The notes: generated by a model from the sequence alone, not told the origin. A stretch of DNA of 64,000 bases from Acidobacteriota bacterium (GCA_965263035.1 OZ253580.1:2272001-2336000), one strand, 5' to 3'; positions 19,604 to 30,352 are shown, counted from the stretch's first letter. Numbers and translations: made by a program.

Positions 19604-20009
19604 ACGAGTGACGAACGTGACTGTCCCCTTCTCGCTGATCCGGTTTGTCGAAGCCAGGATCAACCGCTCGACTAATCCCTCAATCTTCGACGGGGCAGGC
19701 TCCTATGAAAAGATTGCAATCCAGTCCAAAAGACCAAGAGCAGGAGGACACGGGCGTTTTCCGCCGTAACTGGGAGTGTCGGAAAAGTACATGTTACCGA
19801 TAAACTACCTTGGTATTATCACTCCGCGCCACAAGGGTCCAACGATCAAGATCGTTCTGATCCACGGTTCTTCGGTATGCTGGCGCGTCAAACAGACTCG
19901 CGGCAATTGGACGCCATGAACAAGGGGCAAACTACTTCCGGATGGAAGATAACGATCCCGCAAGCGGCTTCGTTCATTCTTGCGGGTATTTATCTATCTG
20001 GGTTCCTAG

Positions 20010-21774
20010 CCTGCATTTCTCATCAGTAGAACAATAAACGGAAGTTGAACCGTCGTCTGGGTGATTCTTTATCCATACGAGTTCAAGAGGCAGTTTTCGT
20101 GCTCGAACGTGCCGACCAACGGCCAGATGCAGCGCTTCTCCAGAGCCTTTTGACGCCCATCCTGCGCTTCTGAGCGACGACTCTCGACCCGGTGCCCACT
20201 CCGGGGCGCAGTCCATCCTGGGGACTCCCAAGTCGCCATCGTCCAAAGAGTTCTTTCCATCCGTTGCTAACAGCGAAGCGGGAGGGCTTGCACTTGCGTC
20301 AGAGCCGTCCTCAACAGCGCCGCATACGGATAGCTCTCGGAAAAGGACAACCAGACCTTGCGGCTGGTGATCCGGACCTGTGCCCCGATCTTCAGCAATC
20401 TCACCCGCAGGGTCCAGCTCTGCGCCCGCGCCAGCTTCGTCCCCGCCAGCCCCACCCGTCGCAACGTCTCCATCATCACGTAGGCGAATGCCGAGAAATA
20501 CAACCGCAGTTGATTCCCCGCCAGCTTCCGGGTCGACGTGCGGTCCGCAAACAGACCCATCTGCTGTTCCTTTATCCGATTCTCCATGTCTCCCCGCGCG
20601 CAGTAGACCTCCTCGTACAATCTTCGCCCATCGCATTCCTGGACCGGGACCGAAGTCACGATGAATCGCGGGTTCTTTCCCCGGGGCAGGTGCTCCACCT
20701 TCGCCACCACCCGGCGCTCGCACGACCAACTCTTGTGCGTCTGATAGCGCAGTTCCTGGAACTGCCTCACGGCCTTCCCGATCGCCCGCTGCAACTGCCG
20801 GACGGTCTCCATCCGGGTCGCGATCCTCCGCTTCAGCCGATCGTTCTGCGCCAACCCCAGGACGTAATCGATCCCTTCCTTCTCGCACCAGACCATCAAC
20901 TCGTCGTTGGAGAAGGCACTGTCCCCTCGAACCGTGATCCGCACCTGGGGCCACGCTTCACGCAGCCGCCTCACGATTGGTTCCAACTCCGCCACCACCC
21001 CGTGGGCCGCGCCTCGATCCGCCGTGCGCAGCCGCGCACGCAACAGGTGTTCCCCACAGAAGACGTACAGCGGCAGGTAGCAGTAGCGTTTGTAATAGCC
21101 GTGGAAGAACCGTCCCTCCTGCTTCCCATGCAGCGGATCGTCCGTGGCGTCTACATCCAGGATCACCTCCTCCGGGGGCTCCGGATGCGCTTCCACAAAC
21201 ACCTCCAGCAGCAGCTCGTCCATCCCCGCCGGGTCGGCCACGATCTTCTTGTACGCGCCCTCCGGTCCCTCCAACGGAGTCCGCTCCAGTCGGTTCAGGG
21301 TGCTCTTGCCTGCCAGCGGCTTGCCTCGATCCGACTCCACGCGCCGGAACTCCCCCGTCAGATCATCTCGATCACACAACAGCGCCAAGAGCCGGTCCCG
21401 GCACAACTCGTCGTGGTCGTTGAGGTCCTCGTAGCCCAGGCACAGCCCCAGCACCCGCTGTTTGATCAACGCCTCCACCGGGTGTTCGACTCGATCCGAG
21501 TCTCGATAGTCGGTGAAGCATTCGCTCAGACGACCCAGAATCCGGGTCCGCTGCTCCACTTCGCGCAGGAGCACGCCACCGGCGTCGGAGGTGATCTCGC
21601 CGCCGTCGAACCGGCCCACGACATCCCGTCCGTCCAGGCCCTGAAATCTGAGCTTTATTCTGGTACACTCTGCGGTCATAAGGTCGCGTCCCTTCTGCTT
21701 TGTAAGTTATTGATTACACAACACTTATAGCAGAAAACGCGGCCTTTATCAATCTTTCTGATGAGATATCCGGG
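20010..21774 (-). mobile_element. IS1380 family insertion sequence
   Basis: Terminal inverted repeats CCTGCATTTCTCATCAG / CCCGGATATCTCATCAG; CTAG duplicated at 20006-20009 and 21775-21778. Confidence 0.9.
20267..21679 (-). CDS. IS1380 family DDE transposase
   Basis: FDGGEITSDAG, ILDVDATDD, RGDSAF and YCARGDMENRIKE motifs. Confidence 0.95.
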   Translation of the reverse strand: MTAECTRIKLRFQGLDGRDVVGRFDGGEITSDAGGVLLREVEQRTRILGRLSECFTDYRDSDRVEHPVEALIKQRVLGLCLGYEDLNDHDELCRDRLLALLCDRDDLTGEFRRVESDRGKPLAGKSTLNRLERTPLEGPEGAYKKIVADPAGMDELLLEVFVEAHPEPPEEVILDVDATDDPLHGKQEGRFFHGYYKRYCYLPLYVFCGEHLLRARLRTADRGAAHGVVAELEPIVRRLREAWPQVRITVRGDSAFSNDELMVWCEKEGIDYVLGLAQNDRLKRRIATRMETVRQLQRAIGKAVRQFQELRYQTHKSWSCERRVVAKVEHLPRGKNPRFIVTSVPVQECDGRRLYEEVYCARGDMENRIKEQQMGLFADRTSTRKLAGNQLRLYFSAFAYVMMETLRRVGLAGTKLARAQSWTLRVRLLKIGAQVRITSRKVWLSFSESYPYAALLRTALTQVQALPLRC

Positions 21775-22819
21775 CTAGGGCTCAATGTCCACTTGGGCAA
21801 GCATGGAGTTTTCGATTTCGATCTTGCTAGTTCGCGCTACCTAATAGTCGGGGTTCTCTTCTTTTCGTTCCTTGTTTTTTGGTACCTCTTTGGCGGACGA
21901 GCAATAATTTTTGGAACGAAGCGTCTCCGCAATGAACTAGCCTTAGTGGAAAGGTCAGACTTGGGTCCTGTTTGGAAAGGTCTGTCTTATGTAAATTTTC
22001 TCATCGAACTTACATTCCAACACTTATTATCGGCTGCGCTCTTTTCACATCTAATTTTGGGGGACAAGGAGCCAACGTGGTTTTTACGCTATTTGATCGT
22101 CCTCTTCTTAATCTTATATCCTTGGGATTCTCTAAACCTTGACCGTCGGTTCCCACGCGCGCACCAAATATTGAATTTGACAACAAAGACTTCTGCAATC
22201 CTCTTATTCTTAATAACGATTACACTACTCTCGCCAACGTCAATTGTGCTCATCAATTTTATTGTAATGACATTCTATGCCAACCTCGTTCTCGATTCAA
22301 TGGAGAGATTTAAAATTACGGTTGATACGTTAGTTTACGATATTACATATACCCTAATCTTCGTTCTTCTGTTTTCGGCGGCGTTTGGCGCGGCACATTA
22401 TGAACATATCACATCTGCCTTCGGCGGCGGACAACTTCAGCCGGTCGAAATCATAGTTGCCGACCAGACAACACGGGAGGGCCTCGATGCCATGGGTTTT
22501 AGAGTAACACCGTTGCTCAAAGCCGAACTCATTCACGAAAACCATCAGGAACTTATCGTTGGTGTAGAGGGCCAGACAATTCGATTGCCTAGAAAGGCCA
22601 TTTCGGGAATAAAAGTGGCACCTGTTGAAGACATCCATTGGATCCTTAAATTTTTGACTCAGGACGCTCCGCTCGGCCGTGAGCTGGAAGGCAGCGCTAA
22701 ACCTACACCTCCGACGGATCTAGATTGAACCAACGACATCGCCCAATACTGTGCTTGGCACACCTAAATCCAGTTAAAAACGTGGTGATCCAGAAGGGGA
22801 CTGTCCCCTTCTCTTCCCT

Positions 22820-23082
22820 TTGGCGCCTGGGCGGACACTACGACGCCTTCTATCCGTATCTACAGGGGACAGGCACAGGAGGCTGAAGAGCATGATGCCG
22901 AACTCCACACCTCCGGCATCCTCAAAATCTACATTCAGGACTTCCTGAGGTAACTCATGACGTCACGGACGGAGGGAGCGGATTTGCAGGAGCGCATGGC
23001 CGCCCTGAACTGGATTGGCCAGCTCTTCTTTGGCAAGCTCTGGAACGTCTTCGCCAAGCATTTCATCGAGTACGGACCCTGA
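22820..23082 (+). pseudogene. degenerate 3' remnant of a gene truncated at the 22791 site
   Basis: Ends ERMAALNWIGQLFFGKLWNVFAKHFIEYGP* just before the phoD-like RBS; internal stop and no start. Confidence 0.45.
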
Positions 23083-23093
23083 GGAGGAGTGGA

Positions 23094-24458
23094 ATGAAAA
23101 TCATTCTGGTTCCGCACACTCCATACAAGTATCGGGCTTCGGTTTGGGCAGCAGCGGTCGGAACCGACAGCCCTCCGCAGGGCCTCATCATCACCCTGCA
23201 GCCTGAAGGCAGGTCTATTGCCGTCTCAGACAGGTCCTGGCGAAAGCTATCGTACTCGGAGGCAAGTGGGCACAACGTCTTCGTGCAGGTTATCACCGTG
23301 CGGGATTTGGAGCCGGGAAGGAGATATGAGCTGACATCGCACGGAGGAAGCAGAGCCAGGATTTCCACTCTGCCTTCCTCACTGCCCGAGGAAGGAGGGA
23401 GGCCTTTCACGGTTCTTCTGGGATCCTGCTTTCACCAGGGAACCGACCAAGAGGGACAATACGGAAGGGCCGTCAAGTTGCTCCCAGAGGAACAGAAGCC
23501 GGACCTGAAGATTCTGTCTGGAGACCAGGTCTATCTCGATATCCCGATCTTTACAGTGAAAAGGGCGAAAGAGAAGCTTCTGGCAAAGGACTTCATGGAG
23601 AAGTATTTGAGAAGCTGGACGCAGAGGGGGAGTCTCGGCGAAGGCTTTCTGAGCGTCCTCGAAACCGGAGGCACCTTTTTTACTGCCGATGATCACGAAT
23701 TCTGGAACAACTACCCAAACTGGACAACCCTCATCCCTCTCTCTTGGACCAAGTCAGGACGCAGAACGTGGCAGAGGGTGTCCAGGACCCTCTATGGGGA
23801 CTTTCAGTCAGATGACCCGGCGCAGACAGGCCGCTGCCGGCGCTTTGATGTTGGCGAGCTTTCGTTTTTTATTGCAGACACACGTTATTTTCGGGAAGAA
23901 GGCAATCAGCGTTTCATGAAGGATTGTGACATGTATCAGCTTGGAGTCTGGGTGAGAGGGCTGGAGGGACCGGGTATTCTGGTCGTGGGTCAGCCCATCT
24001 TTGACGGGCCCTCAGGCTGGTTCAGCTCAAGGTTCGAAGACCGCTCTCTTGCGGACTACGAACAGTACCAGGAGCTGGTGAAGATCCTCCATGAGAGTAC
24101 CCACTCGATAGTTCTGATGACTGGCGACGTGCACTATGGCCGGGTGGTATCCGTCTCCCTTAACATCAGGCCGGAGCCGATCAAGATCATCGAAGTCATC
24201 TCCTCGCCTACGTCTCTGGTTAATCCCTTTGTCGGCGGAAGCGCGAAGGACCCGCCCGAAAAGTTCCCACCCGTAGCGATTCCAGGAATTGTTCCCTCGG
24301 CTCCCACAAATCACTACATGACAGCAGAGGATAATTTCGCCACCCTTCATTTCACCAAACGGGGAGGAAAGGTCCGGATGAGGATTCGGTACTGGTTTCC
24401 GAAGCAGGCGTCAGCGAGTGTTCTGGCAGGACACTGTCTACCACCCTTGGATCTCTGA
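23094..24458 (+). CDS. PhoD-like metallophosphoesterase
   Basis: LLGSCF, GDQVYLD, DDHEFWNNY and TGDVHY motifs. Confidence 0.8.
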   Translation: MKIILVPHTPYKYRASVWAAAVGTDSPPQGLIITLQPEGRSIAVSDRSWRKLSYSEASGHNVFVQVITVRDLEPGRRYELTSHGGSRARISTLPSSLPEEGGRPFTVLLGSCFHQGTDQEGQYGRAVKLLPEEQKPDLKILSGDQVYLDIPIFTVKRAKEKLLAKDFMEKYLRSWTQRGSLGEGFLSVLETGGTFFTADDHEFWNNYPNWTTLIPLSWTKSGRRTWQRVSRTLYGDFQSDDPAQTGRCRRFDVGELSFFIADTRYFREEGNQRFMKDCDMYQLGVWVRGLEGPGILVVGQPIFDGPSGWFSSRFEDRSLADYEQYQELVKILHESTHSIVLMTGDVHYGRVVSVSLNIRPEPIKIIEVISSPTSLVNPFVGGSAKDPPEKFPPVAIPGIVPSAPTNHYMTAEDNFATLHFTKRGGKVRMRIRYWFPKQASASVLAGHCLPPLDL

Positions 24459-24467
24459 GGAAGAACT

Positions 24468-25229
24468 ATGATCTCATCACGACAGTCTGTTGCGGCCGAG
24501 CCAAATCCCGGTCTGAAGCCGGAGTCGCGGGAGCAGGCAGAATCGAATGCGGGATGGCTCGAACGCGTACTTGGAGACAAGAAACCCGAGGGCTGGATTT
24601 GTCTTTTCGGCGGCGCCAATCTGACGGATTTCAGGTTGCGGGTGGCTCAGTCGCATGTACGAAATGACCTGCTGCCGAGCTTCTGGTCCCATGTCGCCAT
24701 TGTCGAGAGCGCGAAATCGGATTCTCCGATGGAGTGGAAGCTTGACGAGGTGAGACTGGACCCCTTCTTGGAGGGATTTGGAAACGTTGCTGCAAACAAC
24801 GGCGTGCAGCAGAGTAGCTTCAGCCGCTACGACGATCCCGGCCTTTTCCCCAACATCGGGATCGTTAACTTTCACGTTGATGCTGAACTCATCAAGGAAT
24901 CCAAGGACAAGTTCAAAAGTCAGCGCAACCTTATCGATGTTCCGGGGCTGATGGTTGATTGGCTAGCTTATGCCTGGGGCGTGGCGGACCGCGGCAATCC
25001 TCTCCTCAAGGCAGTCGGAATACCTAGTGCGTCGTTTGTCGAGGGCGTCTTTGCAATTGCCGGGTTGGATCTCACCCCAGGGCTGTCCGCCAGGTCAAGT
25101 TGCCCGGAGGCAATCTGGCAGGCTGCGAAGTGGTGGCACCGGTTTTACTCCTCTGAAGCAGGCCTCACAAAGAGGGCGCCGGAAGGCTGTTACGCCATAG
25201 GCCAGGAAGCCGCAGCAGTCCTCATGTAA
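24468..25229 (+). CDS. hypothetical protein (possible permuted papain-like fold)
   Basis: WSHVAIV and a later SCPE motif; co-oriented 9 bp after the phoD-like gene. Confidence 0.6.
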   Translation: MISSRQSVAAEPNPGLKPESREQAESNAGWLERVLGDKKPEGWICLFGGANLTDFRLRVAQSHVRNDLLPSFWSHVAIVESAKSDSPMEWKLDEVRLDPFLEGFGNVAANNGVQQSSFSRYDDPGLFPNIGIVNFHVDAELIKESKDKFKSQRNLIDVPGLMVDWLAYAWGVADRGNPLLKAVGIPSASFVEGVFAIAGLDLTPGLSARSSCPEAIWQAAKWWHRFYSSEAGLTKRAPEGCYAIGQEAAAVLM

Positions 25230-25350
25230 CCAAAGAAAGAGATTCTACCGCAAAGAGCATGGTGCAACCGGTCTATTGATCTGATTTGAACGCGCAGGCG
25301 CGAAGATGACTGTCCTCTTCTCCCGTTATTCTCGAAGCGGCAGGTCCTTA

Positions 25351-26442
25351 CTACGGGCTGATAACATTCCTCATATCGGCCCACTTGATACTGAACGTAT
25401 TCCCATGCATAGCCAATTCGTCAAGAGCAAGTAGATCATTAACAGACTCCTCTAAAACGCCGGCCGACCGTTGGTTTCGCTCCGCAATCGTTTCTCCAGG
25501 TTTAAGCGGCAGCTTGCGTAGGAAAAGTGCGAAGAATATCCCATTCAGAATCGTGTCTACAATCAACATGTGTGGAATGGCTTCGATTTCAAGCTCTGTG
25601 ATCCCAATGTTCAATTCCTCAGCTGTCATTGCATACGCCCCGAAGTATTTCACAAAATGTTCGAGCCACTCACCAGGATGTTTCGACAAGGATCCCGCGA
25701 TTACCTTGGAAAGGTCATTCGATGCGACTACGACATCTAGAAGACGGGGACCGTAAGAAAGCAAATCCCAATCGAGCAATCCGCGGATGTCCTTTCCATC
25801 AAATACGACATTGCAAGATCTATAATCCCCGTGGTTGGCTGTTCTTTTGAGTCTCTTGTAGGGCTCCGATGCCCAAAATACCCGCAACCTATCGATACTT
25901 CTATTGACAGTGGCTTCTAAGTCTCTGTTAGGCATTGCGAGTGCCTGAAACCGGCCTTTCAAATGGTCCAGATCTTCTGTATATACAATTGGCAATACTT
26001 CATCAGAGGCAACAAGTTCTTGGGTAACTTGATAATCGTCGACTGCAGCATGGTAAGTTGCGAGGAAAGCCATCATTTTCGTCTGCTGGGTGCTCGTAAG
26101 AGCCAATGGAGAATGATAGACCATTCCTGGGATGTATCTGTGGACAGTGATGAACAATCCCTTGTCCTGAAAGACCGCATGTCCTTGAATGGTGCGGACG
26201 AAACCATCCACTGTCATTCCATGTTCTTCTAAGTAAGACAAAAATGACGCCAAGTGTTCCAATGCAGTCTTGGACTGTCTCACTCGATTGACTTTCATCA
26301 CATACTTACCGCAAGATGTTTGTAGGCGATAGACTTCGTTGAGAAGGCCACCCTTTAGGCGAGTCACGTCAGCCAAATTACCGAGATCGAAGACGCGTGA
26401 GGCGACGTTGATCAGTTGCCGCATGCCCTTATCTTGATACAT
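25351..26442 (-). CDS. APH / type II homoserine kinase-like phosphotransferase
   Basis: HGDYRSCNV and LLDWD motifs; visibly AT-rich. Confidence 0.8.
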   Translation of the reverse strand: MYQDKGMRQLINVASRVFDLGNLADVTRLKGGLLNEVYRLQTSCGKYVMKVNRVRQSKTALEHLASFLSYLEEHGMTVDGFVRTIQGHAVFQDKGLFITVHRYIPGMVYHSPLALTSTQQTKMMAFLATYHAAVDDYQVTQELVASDEVLPIVYTEDLDHLKGRFQALAMPNRDLEATVNRSIDRLRVFWASEPYKRLKRTANHGDYRSCNVVFDGKDIRGLLDWDLLSYGPRLLDVVVASNDLSKVIAGSLSKHPGEWLEHFVKYFGAYAMTAEELNIGITELEIEAIPHMLIVDTILNGIFFALFLRKLPLKPGETIAERNQRSAGVLEESVNDLLALDELAMHGNTFSIKWADMRNVISP

Positions 26443-26696
26443 GGCAGTTCAGAACAGACTGTCGAGTTTGGCACATTTGTGAAGATATGAATCGGCTGAG
26501 ACGACAGTACGGATACTTGGTACGACTTCCGCTCACCCCTCATTACATGTGCGCGGCAATAAGTTAGCTCAGCCGCGTTCCTGTCCACATGCGAATGTAG
26601 CGATCAAGCTGCTTCTTGAGGCCAGCGCACACCAAATCAATATCGTCGCTGTTCAAAAAGCAGTAGAGAAGGCAACAGCCCCCTTCTCCCGCGCTA

Positions 26697-28178
26697 TCAG
26701 GCAATGATCTCGTGCACGACGTTGCCGTGGACGTCGGTCAGGCGGAAGTCGCGGCTGTTGTGGCGGAAGGTGAGCCGTTTGTGATCCAGGCCCAACAGGT
26801 GAAGGATCGTGGCGTGAAGATCGTGATGCGAGACGCGGTCCTTGATGGCGTGCATGCCGAGCTCGTCGGTGGCGCCGTGCGTGATCCCCGGCTTGACGCC
26901 GCCGCCCGCCATCCACATGGAGAAGCCGTAGTGGTGATGGCCGCGCCCGAGGGTTGTTTTGGTCAGCGTCATATCCGACTCCTCCATCGGCGTGCGACCG
27001 AACTCAGTGGCCCAGACGACGAGCGTCTCGTCGAGCAGACCGCGTGACTTCAGGTCCATGATGAGGGCCGTGATGCCGCGGTCGGTGCGCGCGGCGTTCG
27101 TGCGGTGGTTCTTGATGAGCCCGCCGCGGTTGCCGTGCGCGTCCCATAGCCGTCTGGGGGCGCCGTCGAGAATCTCCACGAAACGGACGCCGCTCTCCAC
27201 CAGCCGTCTCGCCGTCAGGCACTTCCTCCCGAAGTCGGTGTCGCCGTAAAGCGCCTTCACCGAGTCCGGCTCGTTACGGATATCGAAGAGCTCCGGCGCT
27301 TCCATCTGCATGCGAAACGCCGTCTCGAATGCAGCGATGCGCGCGTCGAGCTCGGGCTGCGTACGATGCCTGCCGCGATGGAGGCGATTCAACTTCCGCA
27401 CCAGATCCAACTGCTCGCGCTGCCGGTCTCGGCTGAGAAACGCCGGCGCCTTGATGTGCGGCACCGGTGGATTTCCGGGCTTGGCGTCCGCCAGCGTAGC
27501 CTGGTGGATACCAGGGAGGAATCCGGCATCGTGAAGCGCGCGCCCGCCGGACGGACGGCCGTCCGTCATCGCCACGAATCCCGGCATGTTCCGGTTCTCC
27601 GTCCCCAGCCCGTAGGTCACCCACGAGCCAAGACTGGGGTGGCCCTGCCTGGAATAACCCGTATGCATGAGGATCTGGCCGGGGCCGTGAATCGCTGAAT
27701 CGGTGTGCATCGAGTTGATGAATGCGATGTCGTCGACCACCTTCGTCAGGTTCGGGAAAATCTCGCTGACCCACGCGCCGCTCTGGCCATACCGCTTGAA
27801 GGAAAACACCGGCGGAACGATGCGCGTGTTGGTGTACGTCTTCTCCGGGTTAAGGCCTTCCAGGTCTTCTTTGGAGAAGATGTCTCGTGCCAATCTTCCG
27901 GCGTACTTTTTCAGAAGCGGCTTGTGATCGAACGTCTCAAGCTGACTCGCGCCACCGACCATGAACAGGAAGATGACGTTCCTCGCCCTGGGGGCGAAGT
28001 GTGGCTGCCTGGGCGCGAGTGGCTCGCTGAGGTCACCCGCCGGCACGGCCGCCGCACCGCTCGCCGTCTGGTCCGCGATCAGGCTGGCCAGCGCGATGCC
28101 GCCCAGGCCGAGTTCCTTGAGGAACCCACGGCGGTCCCAACCAACCGGTCGAGCTTCGTAGCCTGCGTTGGTGAACAT
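26697..28178 (-). CDS. DUF1501 family protein (copy 1)
   Basis: RRGFL signal, GGASQLETFDHKP, WDAH, TEFGRTP and DLHATILHLLG motifs. Confidence 0.92.
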   Translation of the reverse strand: MFTNAGYEARPVGWDRRGFLKELGLGGIALASLIADQTASGAAAVPAGDLSEPLAPRQPHFAPRARNVIFLFMVGGASQLETFDHKPLLKKYAGRLARDIFSKEDLEGLNPEKTYTNTRIVPPVFSFKRYGQSGAWVSEIFPNLTKVVDDIAFINSMHTDSAIHGPGQILMHTGYSRQGHPSLGSWVTYGLGTENRNMPGFVAMTDGRPSGGRALHDAGFLPGIHQATLADAKPGNPPVPHIKAPAFLSRDRQREQLDLVRKLNRLHRGRHRTQPELDARIAAFETAFRMQMEAPELFDIRNEPDSVKALYGDTDFGRKCLTARRLVESGVRFVEILDGAPRRLWDAHGNRGGLIKNHRTNAARTDRGITALIMDLKSRGLLDETLVVWATEFGRTPMEESDMTLTKTTLGRGHHHYGFSMWMAGGGVKPGITHGATDELGMHAIKDRVSHHDLHATILHLLGLDHKRLTFRHNSRDFRLTDVHGNVVHEIIA

Positions 28179-28270
28179 GGATGAACCCGCTCAGGCAAAA
28201 GACGGAATGGCAAGATTGTACAAGAGAGAGGAGGTGACTGTCCCCTTCTCCTGATAGATCTCCATGTGAA

Positions 28271-28576
28271 TCAGATCAGGTCGTCCACGTCGACGCCGAG
28301 CGCCTCGGCGAGCGCGGCCAAGGTTCGAGCCGGGCCGGTGCGGACGCCCCTCTCGATTTGCGACAGATAGAGTGGGTTGATCCCAGCGGCACCGGCCAGC
28401 TGATTCTGGGTCATGCGGCGATGGTCCCGGTATACCCTGACGGCGTTCTCTCCCGCCAGAAGGCGATCCGCCAACTCGATTGGAAAAGACTCTCCCCCCA
28501 CAGACTTGGCGTGATCGTAAAGCTCTTCGTTGGTTAGGCCCGCGGTGACATCCAACATCGCCAAGCGAGTGTACTC
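28271..28576 (-). pseudogene. Xre/HTH antitoxin-like gene, N-terminally truncated
   Basis: GENAVRVYR..MTQNQLA..YLSQIERG. The frame continues upstream (EYTRLAM) into the 28581 site. Confidence 0.65.
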
Positions 28577-28633
28577 GAGAGAGGAGGTGACTGTCCCATT
28601 CTCAGTTCCCTTCCCACACGGAAGACGGCGGCA

Positions 28634-28682
28634 GGGCGATTAGAAATCGCCCCTCCTCGGCGGCAAGAAAGCCGCCGCTCCC
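28634..28682. repeat. REP-like hairpin pair
   Basis: GGGCGATTAGAAATCGCCCCTCC and CGGCGGCAAGAAAGCCGCCGCTCC. Confidence 0.8.
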
Positions 28683-28739
28683 GCGCGATGCCGCGCAGGG
28701 CCGTGAGGGTGTGGCCAGCCCTAAATTGACAGTACCCGA

Positions 28740-30221
28740 TCAGGCAATGATGTCGTGCACGACATTGCCGTAGACGTCGGTCAGGCGGAAGTCGCGGCTG
28801 TTGTGGCGGAAGGTGAGCTGTTCGTGATCCAGGCCCAACAGGTGGAGGATGGTGGCGTGGAGATCGTGATGCGAGACGCGGTCCTTGATGGCGTGCATGC
28901 CGAGTTCGTCGGTGGCACCGTAGGTGATCCCCGGCTTGACGCCGCCGCCCGCCATCCACATGGAGAAGCCGTAATGGTGATGGCTGCGGCCGAGGGTTGT
29001 TTTTGTAAGCGTCTTATCCGCCTCCTCAAACGGCGTGCGACCGAACTCAGTGGCCCAGACGACGAGAGTCTCGTCCAGCAGGCCGCGTGACTTCAGGTCC
29101 ATGATGAGGGCCGTGATGCCCTGATCGGTGCGCGCCGCGTTGGTGCGGTGGTTCTTGATGAGCCCGCCGCGGTTGCCGTGGGCGTCCCATTGCCGCCCGT
29201 GGGCGCCGTCGAGAATCTCCACGAAACGGACGCCGCTCTCCACCAGCCGTCTCGCCGTCAGGCACTTCCTCCCGAAGTCGGTGTCGCCGTAAAGCGCCTT
29301 CACCGAGTCCGGCTCGTTACGGATATCGAAGAGTTCCGGCGCTTCCATCTGCATGCGAAACGCCGTCTCGAATGAAGCGATGCGCGCGTCGAGGTCGGGC
29401 TGCGTGCGATGCCTGCCGCGATGGAGGCGATTCAACTTCCGCACCAGATCCAGTTGCCGGCGATGCTGTCCTGGGCTCAGAAAGGCCGGCGCCTTGATGT
29501 GCGGCACCGGTGGATTCCCGGGCTTGACGTCCACCAGCGTGGCCTGGTGGATACCAGGGAGGAATCCGGCATCGTGAAGCGAGCGCCCGCCGGACGGACG
29601 GCCGTCCGCCATCGCCACGAATCCCGGCATGTTCCGGTTTTCCGTCCCCAGCCCGTAGGTCACCCAGGAACCAAGACTGGGGTGGCCCTGTCTGGAATAA
29701 CCCGTGTGCATGAGGATCTGGCCTGTGGAGTGAAGCGGTGAATCGGTGTGCATCGATTTGATGAATGCGATGTCGTCGACCACCTTCGTCAGATTCGGGA
29801 AGATCTCGCTGACCCACGCGCCGCTCTGGCCATAGCGCTTGAAGGAGAACACCGGCGGAACGATGCGCGTGTTGTAGAACGTCTTCGACGGGTTGAGGCC
29901 GTCCAGGTCTTCTTTGGGAAATATGTCTTGTGCCGCTCTTCCGGCGTACTTTTTCAGAAGCGGCTTATGATCGAACGTCTCAATCTGACTTGCGCCACCG
30001 ACCATGAACAGCAAGATGACGTTCCTGGCCCTGGGAGCGAAGTGTGGCTGCCTGGGAGCAAGCGGCTCGCTGAGGTCTGCCCCCGGCACGGCCACCGCAC
30101 CGTTCGCCGTCTGGTCCGCGAGCAGGCTGGTCAGAGCGATGCCGCCCAAGCCGAGCTCCTTGAGGAACCCCCGGCGGTTCCGACCCACCGGTCGAGTTTC
30201 ATTGGCTGCGTCAGTGAACAT
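28740..30221 (-). CDS. DUF1501 family protein (copy 2)
   Basis: Same length (493 aa) as copy 1 and highly similar. Confidence 0.92.
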   Translation of the reverse strand: MFTDAANETRPVGRNRRGFLKELGLGGIALTSLLADQTANGAVAVPGADLSEPLAPRQPHFAPRARNVILLFMVGGASQIETFDHKPLLKKYAGRAAQDIFPKEDLDGLNPSKTFYNTRIVPPVFSFKRYGQSGAWVSEIFPNLTKVVDDIAFIKSMHTDSPLHSTGQILMHTGYSRQGHPSLGSWVTYGLGTENRNMPGFVAMADGRPSGGRSLHDAGFLPGIHQATLVDVKPGNPPVPHIKAPAFLSPGQHRRQLDLVRKLNRLHRGRHRTQPDLDARIASFETAFRMQMEAPELFDIRNEPDSVKALYGDTDFGRKCLTARRLVESGVRFVEILDGAHGRQWDAHGNRGGLIKNHRTNAARTDQGITALIMDLKSRGLLDETLVVWATEFGRTPFEEADKTLTKTTLGRSHHHYGFSMWMAGGGVKPGITYGATDELGMHAIKDRVSHHDLHATILHLLGLDHEQLTFRHNSRDFRLTDVYGNVVHDIIA

Positions 30222-30300
30222 GGATGAACCCGCTCAGGCTAAAGACGGAATGGCAAGAATGTACGGGAGAAAAGAGGTGATTGTCCGCTCCCACGGAGGC

Positions 30301-30352
30301 CGGCGACAAGAAAGTCGCCGCTCCCAGCCGGCGACAAGAAAGCCGCCGCTCC
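30301..30352. repeat. REP-like hairpin pair
   Basis: CGGCGACAAGAAAGTCGCCGCTCC twice, the second slightly variant. Confidence 0.85.

Larger units (their letters stand above)
19916..22728 (+). pseudogene. AT-rich multi-pass membrane protein interrupted by IS1380
   Basis: Removing 20010-21778 restores the frame: MNKGQ...IYLSGFL-GLNVHLGKHGVFD... Confidence 0.8.
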
